DNA of 64,000 bases from Eledone cirrhosa (GCA_964016885.1 OZ024748.1:29636001-29700000), one strand, 5' to 3'; counted from the first letter of the stretch, positions 1 through 14,069 are shown. Program-made: numbers and translations. The notes: generated by a model from the sequence alone, not told the origin.

Positions 1-36
<36 letters not shown>

Positions 37-94
37 CCCATGCTAGCGTGGAAGAACGGACGTAAAACGGTGATGATGATGATGATATATATAT

Positions 95-212
95 ATTAAA
101 ATAACAGATTAAAGTTTAAGCGAAGAATCGCTGCATTCACCCTTAACGGGATCTTCTGAAACTAAGAAAAATCAATCTGTGAACGCAGACATAAATATTT
201 CGAAAAACGTTA
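95..212 (-). repeat. Orphan fragment of the same PLE pseudo-LTR, between (TA)n tracts
   Basis: Clear similarity to 47797-47913. Confidence 0.8.
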
Positions 213-1977
213 CACACTATATATATATATATATACACACACTATATATACATAAATACACACACACACAGATAGTGTCATAATGTCGTAATGCAGACAG
301 CATTACCCTTGTGTCTTTTAAAAATCATTATCAAAAGTTTGTTGTATCTCAGCAGCCGCCACCACCATCATCGTTTTTACATCATCTTTTCTAAATCGGC
401 ATATATATTTACATATTAATATGTGTGTATGAATGCATATATGTATGATTGTATGTATGTACACACACACACAATCTACTTACAGATAAAAATACAATCA
501 TATAACAGCAGCATACAAGGAAACAATATTCTGAATAGTTTTAAAAAAATCAAATCAAATCAAAATATTTAGATAACTGTACATACATACTCTTATATCT
601 TTCTATACACCCACATAGACACAGCTGTGTTTATCAACCCCAACTTCGGGTTGATATGAACAGCTGACAAATGAATTTGACTGAAAACCCAACTGATTTT
701 TACAGACCTCACCTTCACTGCCCCACTCTACAATATTTACAGATCAATAGGACTGATTTTTGATAGGATTCATATTGATTGATAATTTAATCAAAGTAAT
801 GAAATAATGATTTCTTAAACATGCATAAAATTCCTGAGTTATGTGAGTGCAGATGTGTGTATGCTACTGCTTCTCTCAATGGAAAGAAATCGAGCTGATT
901 ATCAGATCCAACCAAGGAAACTATGTTTCCAATTCCTGGCAGAAGAAACGAATTGATCGTCAAATCATACCAAGGTAACAATGTTTCCATGGCTGATACT
1001 ATCTGCCAGTTGCAACTTCCAGCAGAAAATATCAGATTTGAACTCAGAACCTGATCAGATACTGCAAAGCATCCATTCTGACTCTTTAACAATTCTACCA
1101 CACCATAGTCTCTAGCCTGGCCTAGACTGGTACTTTATTTATCATTCCTGAAATGGCAAAGTTGACCTTGGCAGGATTTGAACTCACAACACAGTGAGCC
1201 CGAATGAATACCAAGGTATTTAATCTGACACCTTAATGACTCTGTCAATTTGCCACCAATAAAAGAAAGAAAATAATAGCTCACACCTACACATGTTTTT
1301 GCTGATTTCCTAGGAAGTTTATTGGGGCTATCCTGTCATCTCATGACATAACTTTTTTCACTGGCTTGAGGTGGGATTTGAACTCTATGAAACAAAACAA
1401 CTCCTTTTAAATGATTCCTATTTAAATTAAAATCTTCCAATGTAATTTTATATGAAAGCCATATGTTAAATTACTATTTTAAGCAATGACATAATAGATA
1501 ATTTTATTAATTTATCATTAATTAATTGAAATAAAATGTGCAGAGTTGGAACAGATACTGTGAGGTATCCTATCTGATATTCTAACAATTATGCCAATCC
1601 ATTACCATGGATGGATTGGTATTTTATTGTTTCTGAAAGAATGAAAGACAAAGTTGACCTTGGTGAGATTTGAACTCAGAACACACAGAGCTAGAATAAC
1701 TACCACAAGGCATGCAACAAAATTACGTAGATATGTAAAGAAAAGAAAATGGTTTTTTTTTCATGAAGGAAAAAAAAAAGTGTTCTTTCAATCCTCCACA
1801 CCTTTACAATTGTCAAATGTATGCTGTTTACTATTGTAGGCCTTTAGTTTTTTTAGTGCATAGAATCATATGAATATGTTTTATATTATATGTTTTTGTG
1901 TATTTATATCATTTCTCCACACCTTCACAAACATTTTAATTTTCCCTTCACTATTTATTTACACACATATCTAGAAA

Positions 1978-2305
1978 TCATCATCATCATCATCATTTTA
2001 CGTCCGCTTTTCCCTGCTTGCAAGGGTGGGACGGGAACTGATTCTGGCTTGATTTCTACAGCTGGATGCCCTCCCTAACACCAACCTCATTTACAGTGAG
2101 TGCTGGGTGCTTTTTTGCCGTGGCGCCTACACGTCTGCTTTACAGTGGAATGATAGGGACCTCAGTCCCTATCATCTCATTTCTACAGCTGAGTAAACTG
2201 GAGCAATGTGAAATAAAGTGTCTTGCTCAAGGAAACAACACATCACCCAGTCTGAGAATTGAGTGATGTGTTGTTTTCTTGAGCAAGACACTTTATTTCA
2301 CATTG
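1978..2305 (-). mobile_element. SINE family A copy, 5'-truncated with fold-back
   Basis: Matches 4738-5078; 2204-2305 is an inverted duplication. Confidence 0.85.
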
Positions 2306-2414
2306 ATCTATATAAATAAAATTTAGACACAAAAACATATATTCATATGTTATAAATAAGTGTATGTGTGAGTATATATATATAGTCATCCATATAGTAA
2401 ACCAAGTTATACAA

Positions 2415-4363
2415 AATTGGGTCATACCCATTAACTGGCGTAGCAGCAGCATCGTTAACTGCCACAAGGGCAAAGGAGACACTCTAGAATCTAGACAGAG
2501 AAAACTGTAGAGGCATTAAGTTGGTTGACCAGGTCATGAAGGTCATAGAAAGAGTTATCACACAGCTGATTAGGGACTGAATTAACCTTGATGAAATACA
2601 GTTTGGATTTGTGAAAGGTAAAAGTACCACAGATAGTCTCTTCCTCGTAAGGCAACTGCAGGAGAAGTACCTAGCTAAAAGTAAACCCCCTTTACTTGGA
2701 GAAAGCCTTTGACAGAGTCCCCCACTCCATTATCTGGTGTAGATGAGTGGCTTGTGAAAGCTATACAAGCCATGTATAGTGGAACAGTCAGCAAGGGTAG
2801 AATTAACAATGAATATAGTGAAGAATTTAGCATACAAGTAGGTGTTCACTAAGGCTCCGTCCTTAGCCCCCTCCTGCTTATTATTGCCCAGAGGCTATAA
2901 CAGAAGAGTCTCAGACTGGCTGTCCATGGGAACTTCTGTATACAGATGATCTAACTCTCATAGCTGAATCTATGGCAGAATTAGAGAAGAAATTTCAAAC
3001 CTGGAAGCATGGCTTAGAATCAAAAGGTCTTAAAGTTAACTTGTCTAAAACTAAAGTTCTAGTATGTAGAAAATAAAATAGGGCACAGATTCTCTCTGGG
3101 AAATGACCTTGCTCAGTGTGCAGGAAAGGAGTAGGTAAAATTTCCATTCTATGTCTCAAAAGCTATGGGTACATAAAAGATGTAGTGGGTTCACAGGTAG
3201 GCTATCAAAGAACGTAGGCTTTATATGTGGCTGATGCTCAAGTGCAGTAAATAGCATGTGCCCACAGAATACTAGCTACTTCAATTGCCAGAGGGCTCTG
3301 TAGGAAGAGACAAGAGTTTCTGTTACCTGAGTGATGAAATCAGCAGTGGAGGAGGGTGTTCTGAAAGTACAGTAGCCAGAGTAAGAATGGGATGGAGAAA
3401 GTTCACATAGCTAATACCATTGTTAGCTACAAAAGGTTTTTCCCTTAAAACGAAGGGCAGATTGTACAATGCAAGTATACGAAACAGCAATGTTACATGA
3501 TAGTGAGACCTGAGAACTGTGCGCAGAGAACCTGCGAAGATTGGAAAGAAATGAAGCATGCATGCTCCGATGGATGTGTAATAGTAATATACACGAATGG
3601 CAAAGCGTAAATGAAATGAGAAATTAGGCATAAGAGAGATCAGATGCAGTATACTAGAGAAGAGTTTGTATTGCTAAAGGACGACAGCTGTATAAAAAGA
3701 TGCAGGGTGATCAAAATTGATGGAAGCTATGGAGTAGGAAGACCTGGTATGAGGTGATAAAAACTGACTTTGTGCAATTGCACCTCTCAAAGACAATGAC
3801 ACAGGATCGAGATCTTTGGTGTTATGCAGTAATACAGAAGACCCGCCTTCCATGCATATGGACTTAAATATACATCTAGGAGGTACCTCTTAACCACTAT
3901 ACGCTCCTTCCATACACCCACCCTCTTACTTCTGTCCACACCACCCTTACACTGTAAAGTTATGTTGGTATCACAAAAAACATCCAGCCCACACTATAAA
4001 GTGGTCATCTAGGTGTGTCACAACAAAAAGCACCCAACCCACACTGTAAAGTGGTCGTGTAGGTGTCACGACAAAAAGCACCCAACCCACACTGTAAGGT
4101 GGTCTTGTAGGTGTCACGACAAAAAGCACCCAGCCCACACTGTAAAGTGGTCGTGTAGGAGTCACAACAAAAAGCACCCAGCACACACTGAAAATGTGGT
4201 TGGCATTAGGAAGGGCATCCAGCTGTAGAAATCTAGTCAGAAACAGTCCTATATGAGCAAAACAGAGTCATCTGACCCAACTTGCCTCTAATGGGACAAC
4301 CCGTCTAATCCATGCTAGCATGGAAAATGGACATTAAACGATAATGATGATGATGATGATGAT
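2415..4363 (+). mobile_element. Degenerate RTE LINE copy (RT, PHD relic, 3' UTR with ~45-bp tandem repeats, (GAT)n tail)
   Basis: Colinear with the 62-63 kb copy but with many stops and frameshifts; extends further 5' (GIKLVDQVMKVIERV). Confidence 0.9.
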
Positions 4364-4373
4364 GTTATATATA

Positions 4374-4578
4374 TATGATGGTCAACTTAAAAGTTCATAG
4401 GCTAACTATGAAGGAGTGATACCAGTGCTGTGAAATCTTGCATTCATTAATTTCAACTCTTCTTATTAATAACTGCATTGTTTCTTTCTAAGGACTATGT
4501 TGAAAAATAAACCTCATTTAGTAATTCCCTGGGAGTATCTTCGTTAGCCTATGAACCTTTCAGCTGACCTTCATGTAT
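4374..4578. mobile_element. Mariner-type MITE
   Basis: ~30-bp imperfect TIRs (..aaagttcataggctaac / gttagcctatgaaccttt..) in TA context. Confidence 0.65.
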
Positions 4579-4737
4579 ATATAGGTTTGATTAAAACAGA
4601 TTGCATAATTAGTTAATCAATAAAGGAATTACGGCCAACACAAACAGAGAGGATATAGAAAAAAATATTTGATACGGAGATGGCCTGCGACCTAGGTATT
4701 ATTGGTAGCGCAGACCATCCCCATATTCACACACACT

Positions 4738-5133
4738 CATCATCATCATCATCATCATTTTACGTCTGCTTTTCCCTGCTAACAACGGTGGGATGGGAAC
4801 TGATTCTGGCTTGATTTCTACAGCTGGATGCCCTTCCTAACACCAACCTCATTTACAGTGAGTGCTGGGTGCTTTTTTTTCCGTGGCGCCTACACGTCCA
4901 CTTTACAGTGTGGGCTGGGTCCTTTTTTTGCTGTGGCACCTCCACGATCACTTTGCAGTGGAATGATAGGGACCCCAGTCCCTATCATCTCATTTCTACA
5001 GCTGAGTAAACTGGAGCAATGTGAAATAAAGTGTCTTGCTCAAGGACACAACACATCACCCGGTCTGAGAATTGAACTCACAACCTTTCGATTGCAAGCC
5101 CAATGCTCTAACCACTAAGCCAAGTACCTCCAT
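4738..5133 (-). mobile_element. tRNA-derived SINE with RTE-LINE-derived 3' end (family A), full length
   Basis: A box TGGCTTAGTGG, B box GAGTTCAATTC, central tgtgtccttgagcaagacacttt segment, tail matching the RTE 3' UTR, (GAT)n. Confidence 0.85.
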
Positions 5134-6515
5134 ATATATTTCAAATGTTTCTATGCAATCAAAACACTTTTCAACCTCTTGAGGGCCTGCCTTTCTGTGA
5201 CCAACAATACAATTTCTATAGAACAATATCTGATAGAAACTTATAATTCTCCTACATCAAACACCAATGGTCTATTGTACTTGATGACTTCAGTAAAACC
5301 AATATTGTTGCCCTTGACATCAGTTTGACATTCTACTGTGTCTGGTCAACTAAGTTGCCTGTCTTTATACCATTCCATTTGTCAGGTCAGGCTTCTGCCT
5401 GCTACTAGTAACATGTAACCCTGTACTACTTGCTTCATGGTCAAGTGGTCAGCAACTAAACCAGCTCCTCCACTAGACCCTGGACTGGTAAGGAGAGTAA
5501 GTGGAATCCCAGCAACACAAAAACAAGAGCTGTTTAAAAGGCGGATGAACTCCTCAGGGTCAATGGCCATCCATCCCAACTATGTGTTAACTAGCTTCTC
5601 CAATTCACAATTAGCTAAGCTTCGTGAGTACAGCTACACCTTCGATATGACTAAAACTGAACAGAAAGCAGTGGAGGTCAAAGGAGTGAGAAGGCCCTGG
5701 ATTGGATTGGATCATTTCATTTCATTACAGCCTATGTCAATAAGGTCTCTTATTCTAGAAACTAACTCTGTTACTATCATATCTCCCACACTCTCTTCCT
5801 TCTGTAAACCTGACCTGTTTGTTCGTACTTCTAATCAAAGTTAGTCATATGCATAAAATACCACTTCTGAATCCCAATATTCCACAAACAACAGTTATCA
5901 TTTCATACACAATTTAAACATATCATGCTAGTCATCCATTGAAAATACCAAAATATTTCCAAAACATAGTAGCCAGATTGAGAATGACATTGAAAAGGTT
6001 CTGGAAGCTACCATCTCTGCTTGCAACAATTCTTTTACCCATAAGTGCATTGCTCCTATCATTTTGGGGGGTTGCAGGCATTCATAATTTTCTGACAATT
6101 TTTTGTTGGGTGTAGCTGTACCCCAAGCAATATGTCACTGCTCTTACCACATGTAAATAGAGGGTGTATAATGCTAAAATGCTGAACAATAGAGCAAAAA
6201 TGAGCAGAGAATAACGAAACGAACAGGAGTCAGATGTAGTGTGCTAGAGAGAAGATATCATGTGATGCATATGGAGAGTTGCGCCACATGATTGAAGTGG
6301 AAGGAACCTGTGGAAGAGGAAGAATGGGGTAGAAAGTGCTAAACTTTACACAGATGATGATAAAGAGTTGCAACAAGTGGTGAGACAGTCCTGGAGAAGA
6401 CCTGTCCAACCTATGCAAGCATGGAAAAATAGACATGATGATGATAATGATAATAATCATTTCTACTTTTCGCACAAGGCCAGATGATATATATATATAT
6501 ATATAGATAGCTAGC

Positions 6516-6553
<38 letters not shown>

Positions 6554-6733
6554 TATATATATATAACGATGATGATGATGATGATAGCTATAGATATATT
6601 TGTTTAGTAGACTTTTAGTTGTGAAATAGAGAAAGAAATGTATAATTACCAAGCTCACTAGGAAATCTATTTGTACTAGATTAATAGTTTATATGGGTGT
6701 AGAGAAAGGTCAGATTTGTTTTAACTTGTTTAA

Positions 6734-6954
6734 CCCTTTAACATTTACATTACTCTATATATATACTATTATATTTTCATGGTAAAGGCTTTACCTCGCA
6801 TAATTATCTCACATAATATCGAATCTATGAGATTTTGAAAGTATTTATTTTGAGAACATACCTTAACATCAGTATGAGCGACCAGTTACAGCCAGTTTCA
6901 ACAGAAAGATGTAGAGAATTCTGGCCAGTTTTGGCCGGTTTGAACATTAAAGGC
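6734..6954. mobile_element. piggyBac-like MITE
   Basis: TTAA on both sides; ccctttaacatt / aacattaaaggc imperfect TIR. Confidence 0.5.
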
Positions 6955-7162
6955 TTAATACCAAACTGCCCTTGGTTTTATGATACAAAATTGTTTGTTT
7001 TAAAGTGTTAATATTTATCTGAAAACCTGCCATAAAATATTTAAGATATGTTCTAAACAGCATCTTAATAACGAGAAGATTAGTTATATTACTAAATCTC
7101 TCAAAATTCTTGATTATTTTCAAAACTTCATGAATATTTTAAGCAGTGTCTTTCATTAGAAA

Positions 7163-7873
7163 TCATCATCATCATCAGGTTTAGCGTCCGTGTTCCACGC
7201 TTGCATGGGTTTGGACGGGGGTTTTCCCACTTGAGGCAAGAGTGGTTGTCTTGCTCGCATAGGACTGTCTGGCGGGTTTTCTACAGCTGGATGCCCTTCC
7301 TAACACCAACCACATTTACAGTGTGGGGCTGGGAGGTTTTTACCGTGTTGCCTACACGGCCACATTACAGCGTGGACTGTCTGGCGGGTTTTCTACAGCT
7401 GGATGCCCTTCCTAACACCAACCACATTTATAGTGTGGGGCTGGGAGGTTTTTACCGTGTTGCCTACACGGCCACATTTACAGCGTGGACTGTGTGTTTT
7501 CTTGTCGTGACACCTACACGATCTCTTTTGTTTCGGCCTGGATGTTGTGGGACCAACATAACTTTACATTGAAAGGGGCGGTGTGGGACGGGGGGTGATG
7601 CCTACTGACTGTAGTAGGTTTTTACTTTGTATTTAGGTAAGGCGGGTCTTCTCTATTACTGAGGACTGCCAAAGGTCTCGGTCCAGTGACATTGTCTTGG
7701 AGAGGTGTAAGCGTGTGAGGTCGGAATTTATCAGCTCGTCCCAGGTTTTTCTGGGTCTGCCTACTCCGTGGCTACTGTCTATCTTTATTGCCCTGCACTT
7801 TGTTATACAGCTGTCGTCTTTCATGCGCATCACGTGACCGTACCAACATAGCCTTCTCTCGAGTAAACAACAT
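7163..7873 (-). mobile_element. Young RTE LINE 3' fragment
   Basis: Near-identical to 62050-62667, with an internal 112-bp tandem duplication. Confidence 0.92.
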
Positions 7874-10605
7874 ATAGTAACAAAAGGGTTAACAACACAA
7901 ATTTTGGGTTAAACAAACCTGTGACTCATAAAAAGATTTTAAAAATATGTAAGTAGAAGTAGTGAGGTACAAGTTTAAGACAAAATATTAAGTGTATAAT
8001 GTAATATGTCAGCCAAGCATTATGTCTCTTACGGCCCTTGCCATTCTGAGTTCAAATCCCGCCGAGGTTAAGTTTGCCTTTCATCCTTACGGGGTCGATA
8101 AAATAAAGTACCAGTAATGCACTGGGTAATTGCTGGCCTTGTGCCAAAAGTAGAAACAATTATGTCTCAGCAATACATATTGCTCATCTCTTCCTCCTGT
8201 TGTTTGAAGCTGATAACTCACTACTCTGAGTTGCGTGTTCTTTGTTCAGGTATTTATGTCCTTGTCGCCTGAATGAACACACAAAGTGAGAGGCTTACAG
8301 TTGTGACAGTTAGTTATCAGCTTCGAATGCAAACACATACACACATTTTATATATATAATAAAGACAGAGAGATAACTATGTGATGTAGCATAAATAAAG
8401 TGAAGAGAAATGTAATCAATCCAAGCACTGTAGAAATGATGTGATGCGCCTCCTAAAGAAGACTATGATGTAGTTTAACTTTCAAAAGACAGTATAATAT
8501 TTCATTACATCTACCATCAACCAACAGACATACAATAAGAGAGGGAGAGAGAGAGAGGGGGAGATAGAGAGATTGCGAGGTTCATTAACAATATTTTATG
8601 TTAAAAGAGTCAAGTTGTTAAATCTGTTTGCCTTGACACATTTCATCAACTTTTTTAGACATTGTGTTATCTGGGACTGCATGATCTAGTGTCATACAAC
8701 AAGAAACAACATTTTAAGGAAATGTTCTCTGCCAAAACAGTGCTTAGTTTTGCAGGACCCATACTCATACAATTGTTTTAAGGAACTTTTCCCTGCCCAA
8801 AATAGGGCTTCGTTTTGTAGGCTCCTTACTCTTTATGGACTCTTTTTTAAGCAAATGTTTTACAGCTGGATGCCCTTTCCTACATCAACCTTTTTATTCC
8901 CTTCTTATGCCATGTAGGGTTATGGTGTACCTATTTTAATCCCTTTAAAACAAACAAACTGCAGGGTGTCATGTGAGGGAGATTCAGCTGCTATTGCTAA
9001 CAGGTTGAGCACCCACATTTGTAAAATGTACAAATAGTAGACCAGCTTGCATGAATCTAGTAATCTATATCTGTGAATCCAGCTTCATTGCAGCTGATGA
9101 AGTTTCTAAATAGAACTGAATTCACAATGTTTTAGTTGCTGAACATCTATTGTCTCCTCAGCTATGTAGGCGCTGAAAAGGGTTAGGGGAACTGTGCTTC
9201 CTTCCCTCACATCAGTCACAGATGCCCTGAAAAGGGTATATATATATATCGTCAGTCGATCGACTTTTGTCAAATCAGACCTAGGAAACAATGTTTCCAT
9301 TGGTCTTTCTAATTGCTAATACTATCTATTGGTCGCAACTCCAGGTAGAAGGAGCAGCATGACATAAAGTGTCTTGCCCAAGGACATAACGCATCGCCTA
9401 GTCTGGCAATCAAATTCACAATCTCATGATTGCTAACTCTATTCTCTAACCACTCAGCCACGCGCCTTCACTATATATATATATATACCACTTAACCCCT
9501 ATCCTCCATGCCCTAATACCCCCACCCATGCCCCGGCCGACACTGTAAATTGTGGTTGGCATTAGGAAGGGCATCCAGCCATAGAAACCAAGCCAGTTCT
9601 GTATGTGCAAGACACGGTCACCTGACCTGACTTGCCTCAAATCATGCTAACCCATGTTAGAATAGAAAATAGACGTTAAACTATGATGATGATTATCATC
9701 ATCATTTTACGTCCGCTTTTCCCCTGCTTGCAAGGGTGGAATGGGTCCTCTTCAGCATAGCATCTCTTCATTTCTTCATGGACCCTCGTCATCTCTGTGA
9801 GCTTCAGCGATCTGAGGTCAGCTCTCACCACCTCCGCCCATGTTTTTCGTGGTCTTCCTCTACTGCGTCTTTCTAAATATTTTTTTATACACTGACAAAT
9901 AATGGCCCCCACTCATCCCTTGGAACCCTGGTTATTATCCCTTTCTTTCAGGTTGCAGCCAGTTGAATTGATGGAACATCGGATAACAAGCCAAAGGTGT
10001 GCAGCCTTGTATCCGTTCAAGTGAGATGATTTGGAAAAGTTTAACTGCTTCTAATATATTTACCTAAAACATACATATCACAGATCAAAGAACAAAGATG
10101 TTAGTGATGTATAGGATACAAAGCCCAGAGATTTAACTCTTACCAGCTCAGTTCATCTAGATGTAAAGAAGTATATAAGCACTGCTGTAATAAGTAATGA
10201 GATTTTTGTAATGGTGAGTTGAAAGAAAATAACTGGACTTTCTTAAGGTCTTTGTCACCTGTTTTCTCACAGAAAATGTTGTACTTATAGACATTTTGTC
10301 TACAAGTACCCCAGAAATCATCAATGATTCAATAGTAAGCCTTAACTAAAGGCGTTCCAGTCATGATCATCTACGCCAACTTTTATTCAGTTTTTCTGAC
10401 TACATTATCATCCATGTTTTATAGTAACAGTGCATATTTTGACAGAGATTTGGTTGCTATTTCTAGTAGATCATGCAGAGAATAACTCGTTGGCTCATCA
10501 TATTTCAAGATATTCAAGTTTGGAACCCCATAGTGCAGAGTTTAATTTTCTCTGACACCGGAAATCAGTGCTAGGGTTAACTGGTTTAATATAGTTAACT
10601 ATATT

Positions 10606-11800
10606 CAGGGTGTGTAAGGTATTTGAAGACAACTTTTTTTGGTTATTGCTGTATTTTTTCGGAAAACAATAGTGGTAGATACCCAACTCAGCTTACTCAA
10701 GAAACGAAAAAGCATACTGTAATTATAGCTTTAAAGGTTGAGCATAGCGATTTAGAGATATCTCGATTTTTAAAAGTTGTCAGATCTTTCATCTACAAAG
10801 TTCGTAAGGAGACTGAAGATGGAAATTTATCAGCAGTATCAGAGCGTAAAAAGCATTTCTAATGCTCTGACATCATCAGAACACCTGACTTTATCCAGAA
10901 ATTTTAGCAGACCATTGATGACAATCCCCGAAAATCCATGAGGTCACTTGCAAAAGATATCCATGTGTCAGAAGGAACAATCAGAAATGTTGTCCACAAT
11001 GACATCAGATATAAATCTTGTGATGAGGAAAGGCCAGAAAAAAAAAGAAAAAAAGAAAATCATTTAATCAGATCTAAAAGGCTCTTAAATAAACTTAAAA
11101 ATCCAGCAGATGATGTGATTTGGTTTTTCTCAGACGAGAAAAACTTTGACTAAGATCAGAAATTTAACAAAAGAAATGACAGATGGTTATGTGCAGAATA
11201 TTTCTGAAGTTCCAACAGTTATGCACACAAAATTTCCTGCAACTGTCATGGTTTTTGGGGTGTCAGCAATGAAAGACATTTGATGCCTCCTCACTTCATT
11301 ACACAAAGCCTTAGAGTTAACTCTGCTGCCTACATAGAGGTCCTGGAAACAGTTGTTAAGCTCTGGATAGACAGTATATGTAATGGAAGGCCTTATGTGC
11401 TTCAACAAGATGTTGCACCATCATACAAGGCTGAAAATTTTCATGATCACAAAACCCCAAACATTTGGCCTCCCAACTCCCCAGATCATTGGATTACAAT
11501 GTGTGGAGCACATTGTTGAGCGAGAAGTCAATGAACACCCTCATAACACCAAAGATTCTTTGAAAGCTGCCATGGTCAGTGTAATGTCTAATATGAACCA
11601 GGACCATTTAATTCGAGCATGGAGACAATTTCTCTCTCACATAGAAGCAGTTATTGAAGCTGAAGGTGGATTTATTGAATAAAATTATAAAAAAGATGTT
11701 TTATTTTTATGCTTACAGCATTTTTTTCACTAATTATTAGTTATTATATATCTGTTTTTCTGTAAGCATAAATCTGTCCTCAAATACCCTAAGCACCCTG
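10606..11800 (+). mobile_element. Tc1/mariner superfamily DNA transposon relic (DD37D/maT-like)
   Basis: Imperfect TIRs CAGGGTG..GGTATTTGA.GACA at both ends, TA on the right; broken transposase with SMRSLAK HTH, FFSDEKNF, LQQDVAP and WPPNSPD. Confidence 0.9.
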
Positions 11801-13560
11801 TATAATCCATGCTACCTTTAAAACTGGTCTTGTTACTCGTCAAAAAGTAATCATTATATGAATAGTATCGGTAGAGGTTCGGACGCCATGCTTTGACGCA
11901 TAGAGTTACGGCCCTTGCCATTCTGAGTTCAAATCCCGCCGAGGTTAACTTTGCCTTTCATCCTTACGGGGTCGATAAAATAAAGTACCAGTAATGTACT
12001 GGGTAATTTTCTGGCCTTGTGCCAATAGTAGAAACAATTATATGAATGTTGCTGCTGCTTAGCCCCATATCAACACTGAATGAGTCGACCTATGACCAAA
12101 GGCATTACACCCAGGTTAACATTATCCAATATCTACTTTCTCCTCCACTCTAAGACAGTAGTGTGATTTGACAGCTATTTCTAGAAGGTCGACCAAATGC
12201 ACAGGAGCTCTCTCTCTTTGACTCATTATATGGATGTGAGAACAGTCGGTATTTAGTGTGAATAATAACATTCGCTGTACTTTGCAATATCTAGTCGAAT
12301 ATCTCACATTGTTGTTCTAAGTTCAAATAGATCTTTCTCAAGGTTGTCATAGTTTATAATTTATTTGCTTTGTATAAACACAATGTTGGTATTTTGGACA
12401 GAAAGATTGGTTTGGGTCATGCTTCAATAAATACACACAGACATATATACATTCATATACGGGGCATTTGATATAGTGCTCAACAAATGGTTAACAAGGT
12501 AGTCAATGCATTAGGAGAGGCAGAGTGAGTATAGAGCTTGGCGCCGCGGTCGGGATTTTACATCTCTCTCTCTCTCACGATATACATATATATACAGGGG
12601 TGGTGGAACTGGGGGAGGTTTCAGAGGGTCGATTGATCATGGAAAATCGATATAATGGTCAATAGGTAGTGGTTATGTCACCATCTATTTCTAGTCTCGA
12701 TATCGTAGATCCATTTCACCGTCTTCAGAAATAATTGTTTCTACTTTTGGCACAAGGCCAATTCGATGGAACCTTATGCGATGAGAGCCTACAAGCTCTC
12801 ACTATATGAGATCGTTCTAACGTTATCGGCCCCACCTTAAACAGGCGTGTGTGTATGTGTATACATATATATATAATTAATAGTTGTAGAAATGACAAAA
12901 TCTATGAAATTGGAAGGCATGATGAAAAATAAATGTCCGAGTTTGCGTTAGCTTTCTAGAAATTGAAGTGTGCAATAATGAATGTATTATATTCCTTTCT
13001 TCATTTCCATGTAATGTAATAAACTACAATTTTGAACCATCAACTTAATCGTAATATACATATTGGAAAAGGTAACGCTGCAAAATTTTATTTTAAAAAT
13101 TTGCGTATGTCCCAGGAAAGAATCGCTGGACAGATTTTATGGGCAAAACCAACCGGCAGAAGACCCAGGGGTAAACCCCGAGCAAGATAGTTGGATAACA
13201 TCCATGAGCTTGGCTGGTCTCTCTTGGGGATCCAGCCGAATCAGTTGGAGATTTTTTTTTATATTAGTGTTAATGATAAAGAAATAATAATATATATATA
13301 TATATAATTTTTGATGATTTAGTATTAAAGAATAAAAACGAATGATAAAAAAATATTAAAAAAGTTATAGCTATAGACTTATAGGTAAGTCCAGCACTGG
13401 TGTTGTGGGGGAAACTAAACTGTAGTTATGCTACATTAAATTAGGATACAAGCAAAATACAATAGCTTACATGATAAATATGGAAAAGTTCGAAAAATCA
13501 TTTTCTCATATATATATATTATGAAATACAGTTCTTGCTCACAATAATTTCTATACTTTC

Positions 13561-13614
<54 letters not shown>

Positions 13615-13979
13615 TAGTTTCAGTCACTGGAATGTGACTAAACTGGGGTTCCACCCTCAAAGGTATAGACGATTATTTTGTTCCCGACCGCATCCTGCGG
13701 TTACTGTTATTGACCTCGGAAGGATAAAACACAAATGTGATTTGAGCAAGATTTGAATTTATACATATATATTTTATAAATCTACATATCTCAATTTATT
13801 TTACATCATCTCAAGTGCATGATGCTAAATTTAATCCGAATGATTTAAGATGTTTATTTTTCAGTTATACTTTTATTTACAAGTTGAAAAATCGATAATA
13901 AAAAAATCTTTGAAAAATATATATATATATATTAAATTGACTTCTTTGCGAAAAAGTAAAAAAAAACAAGAAAAAATAC

Positions 13980-14069
13980 CTTATTGGTTAGGTTAAATGT
14001 CAAAAACTGGGTTGTATTAGTGCTAGGTGTTAAATACTTAAGAGTTGTATCGTGTACGATGGTCGGCAT
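13980..14069 (-). CDS. Candidate first coding exon of an unidentified divergent gene (MPTIVHDTTLKYLTPSTNTTQFLTFNLTNK)
   Basis: aaccATG start, exactly 30 codons, ends AAG|GTATTT, two NxT sequons, non-repetitive sequence head-to-head with LMBR1; no convincing downstream exon found. Confidence 0.3.

Noticed and set aside
5050-5133. tRNA gene (similar heads near 9400, 38000, 60210 and 61230)
   Set aside because: A and B boxes are present but continue into a SINE body with no complete cloverleaf
5437-5844. 135-aa ORF as a host gene
   Set aside because: No recognisable domain or splice context; the surrounding 5140-6060 region looks like a highly decayed LINE RT (VALDIS-like motif)
12700-12735. 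CTGAAGA-cggt-GAAA hammerhead-like core on the - strand
   Set aside because: No stem II and no stem I pairing
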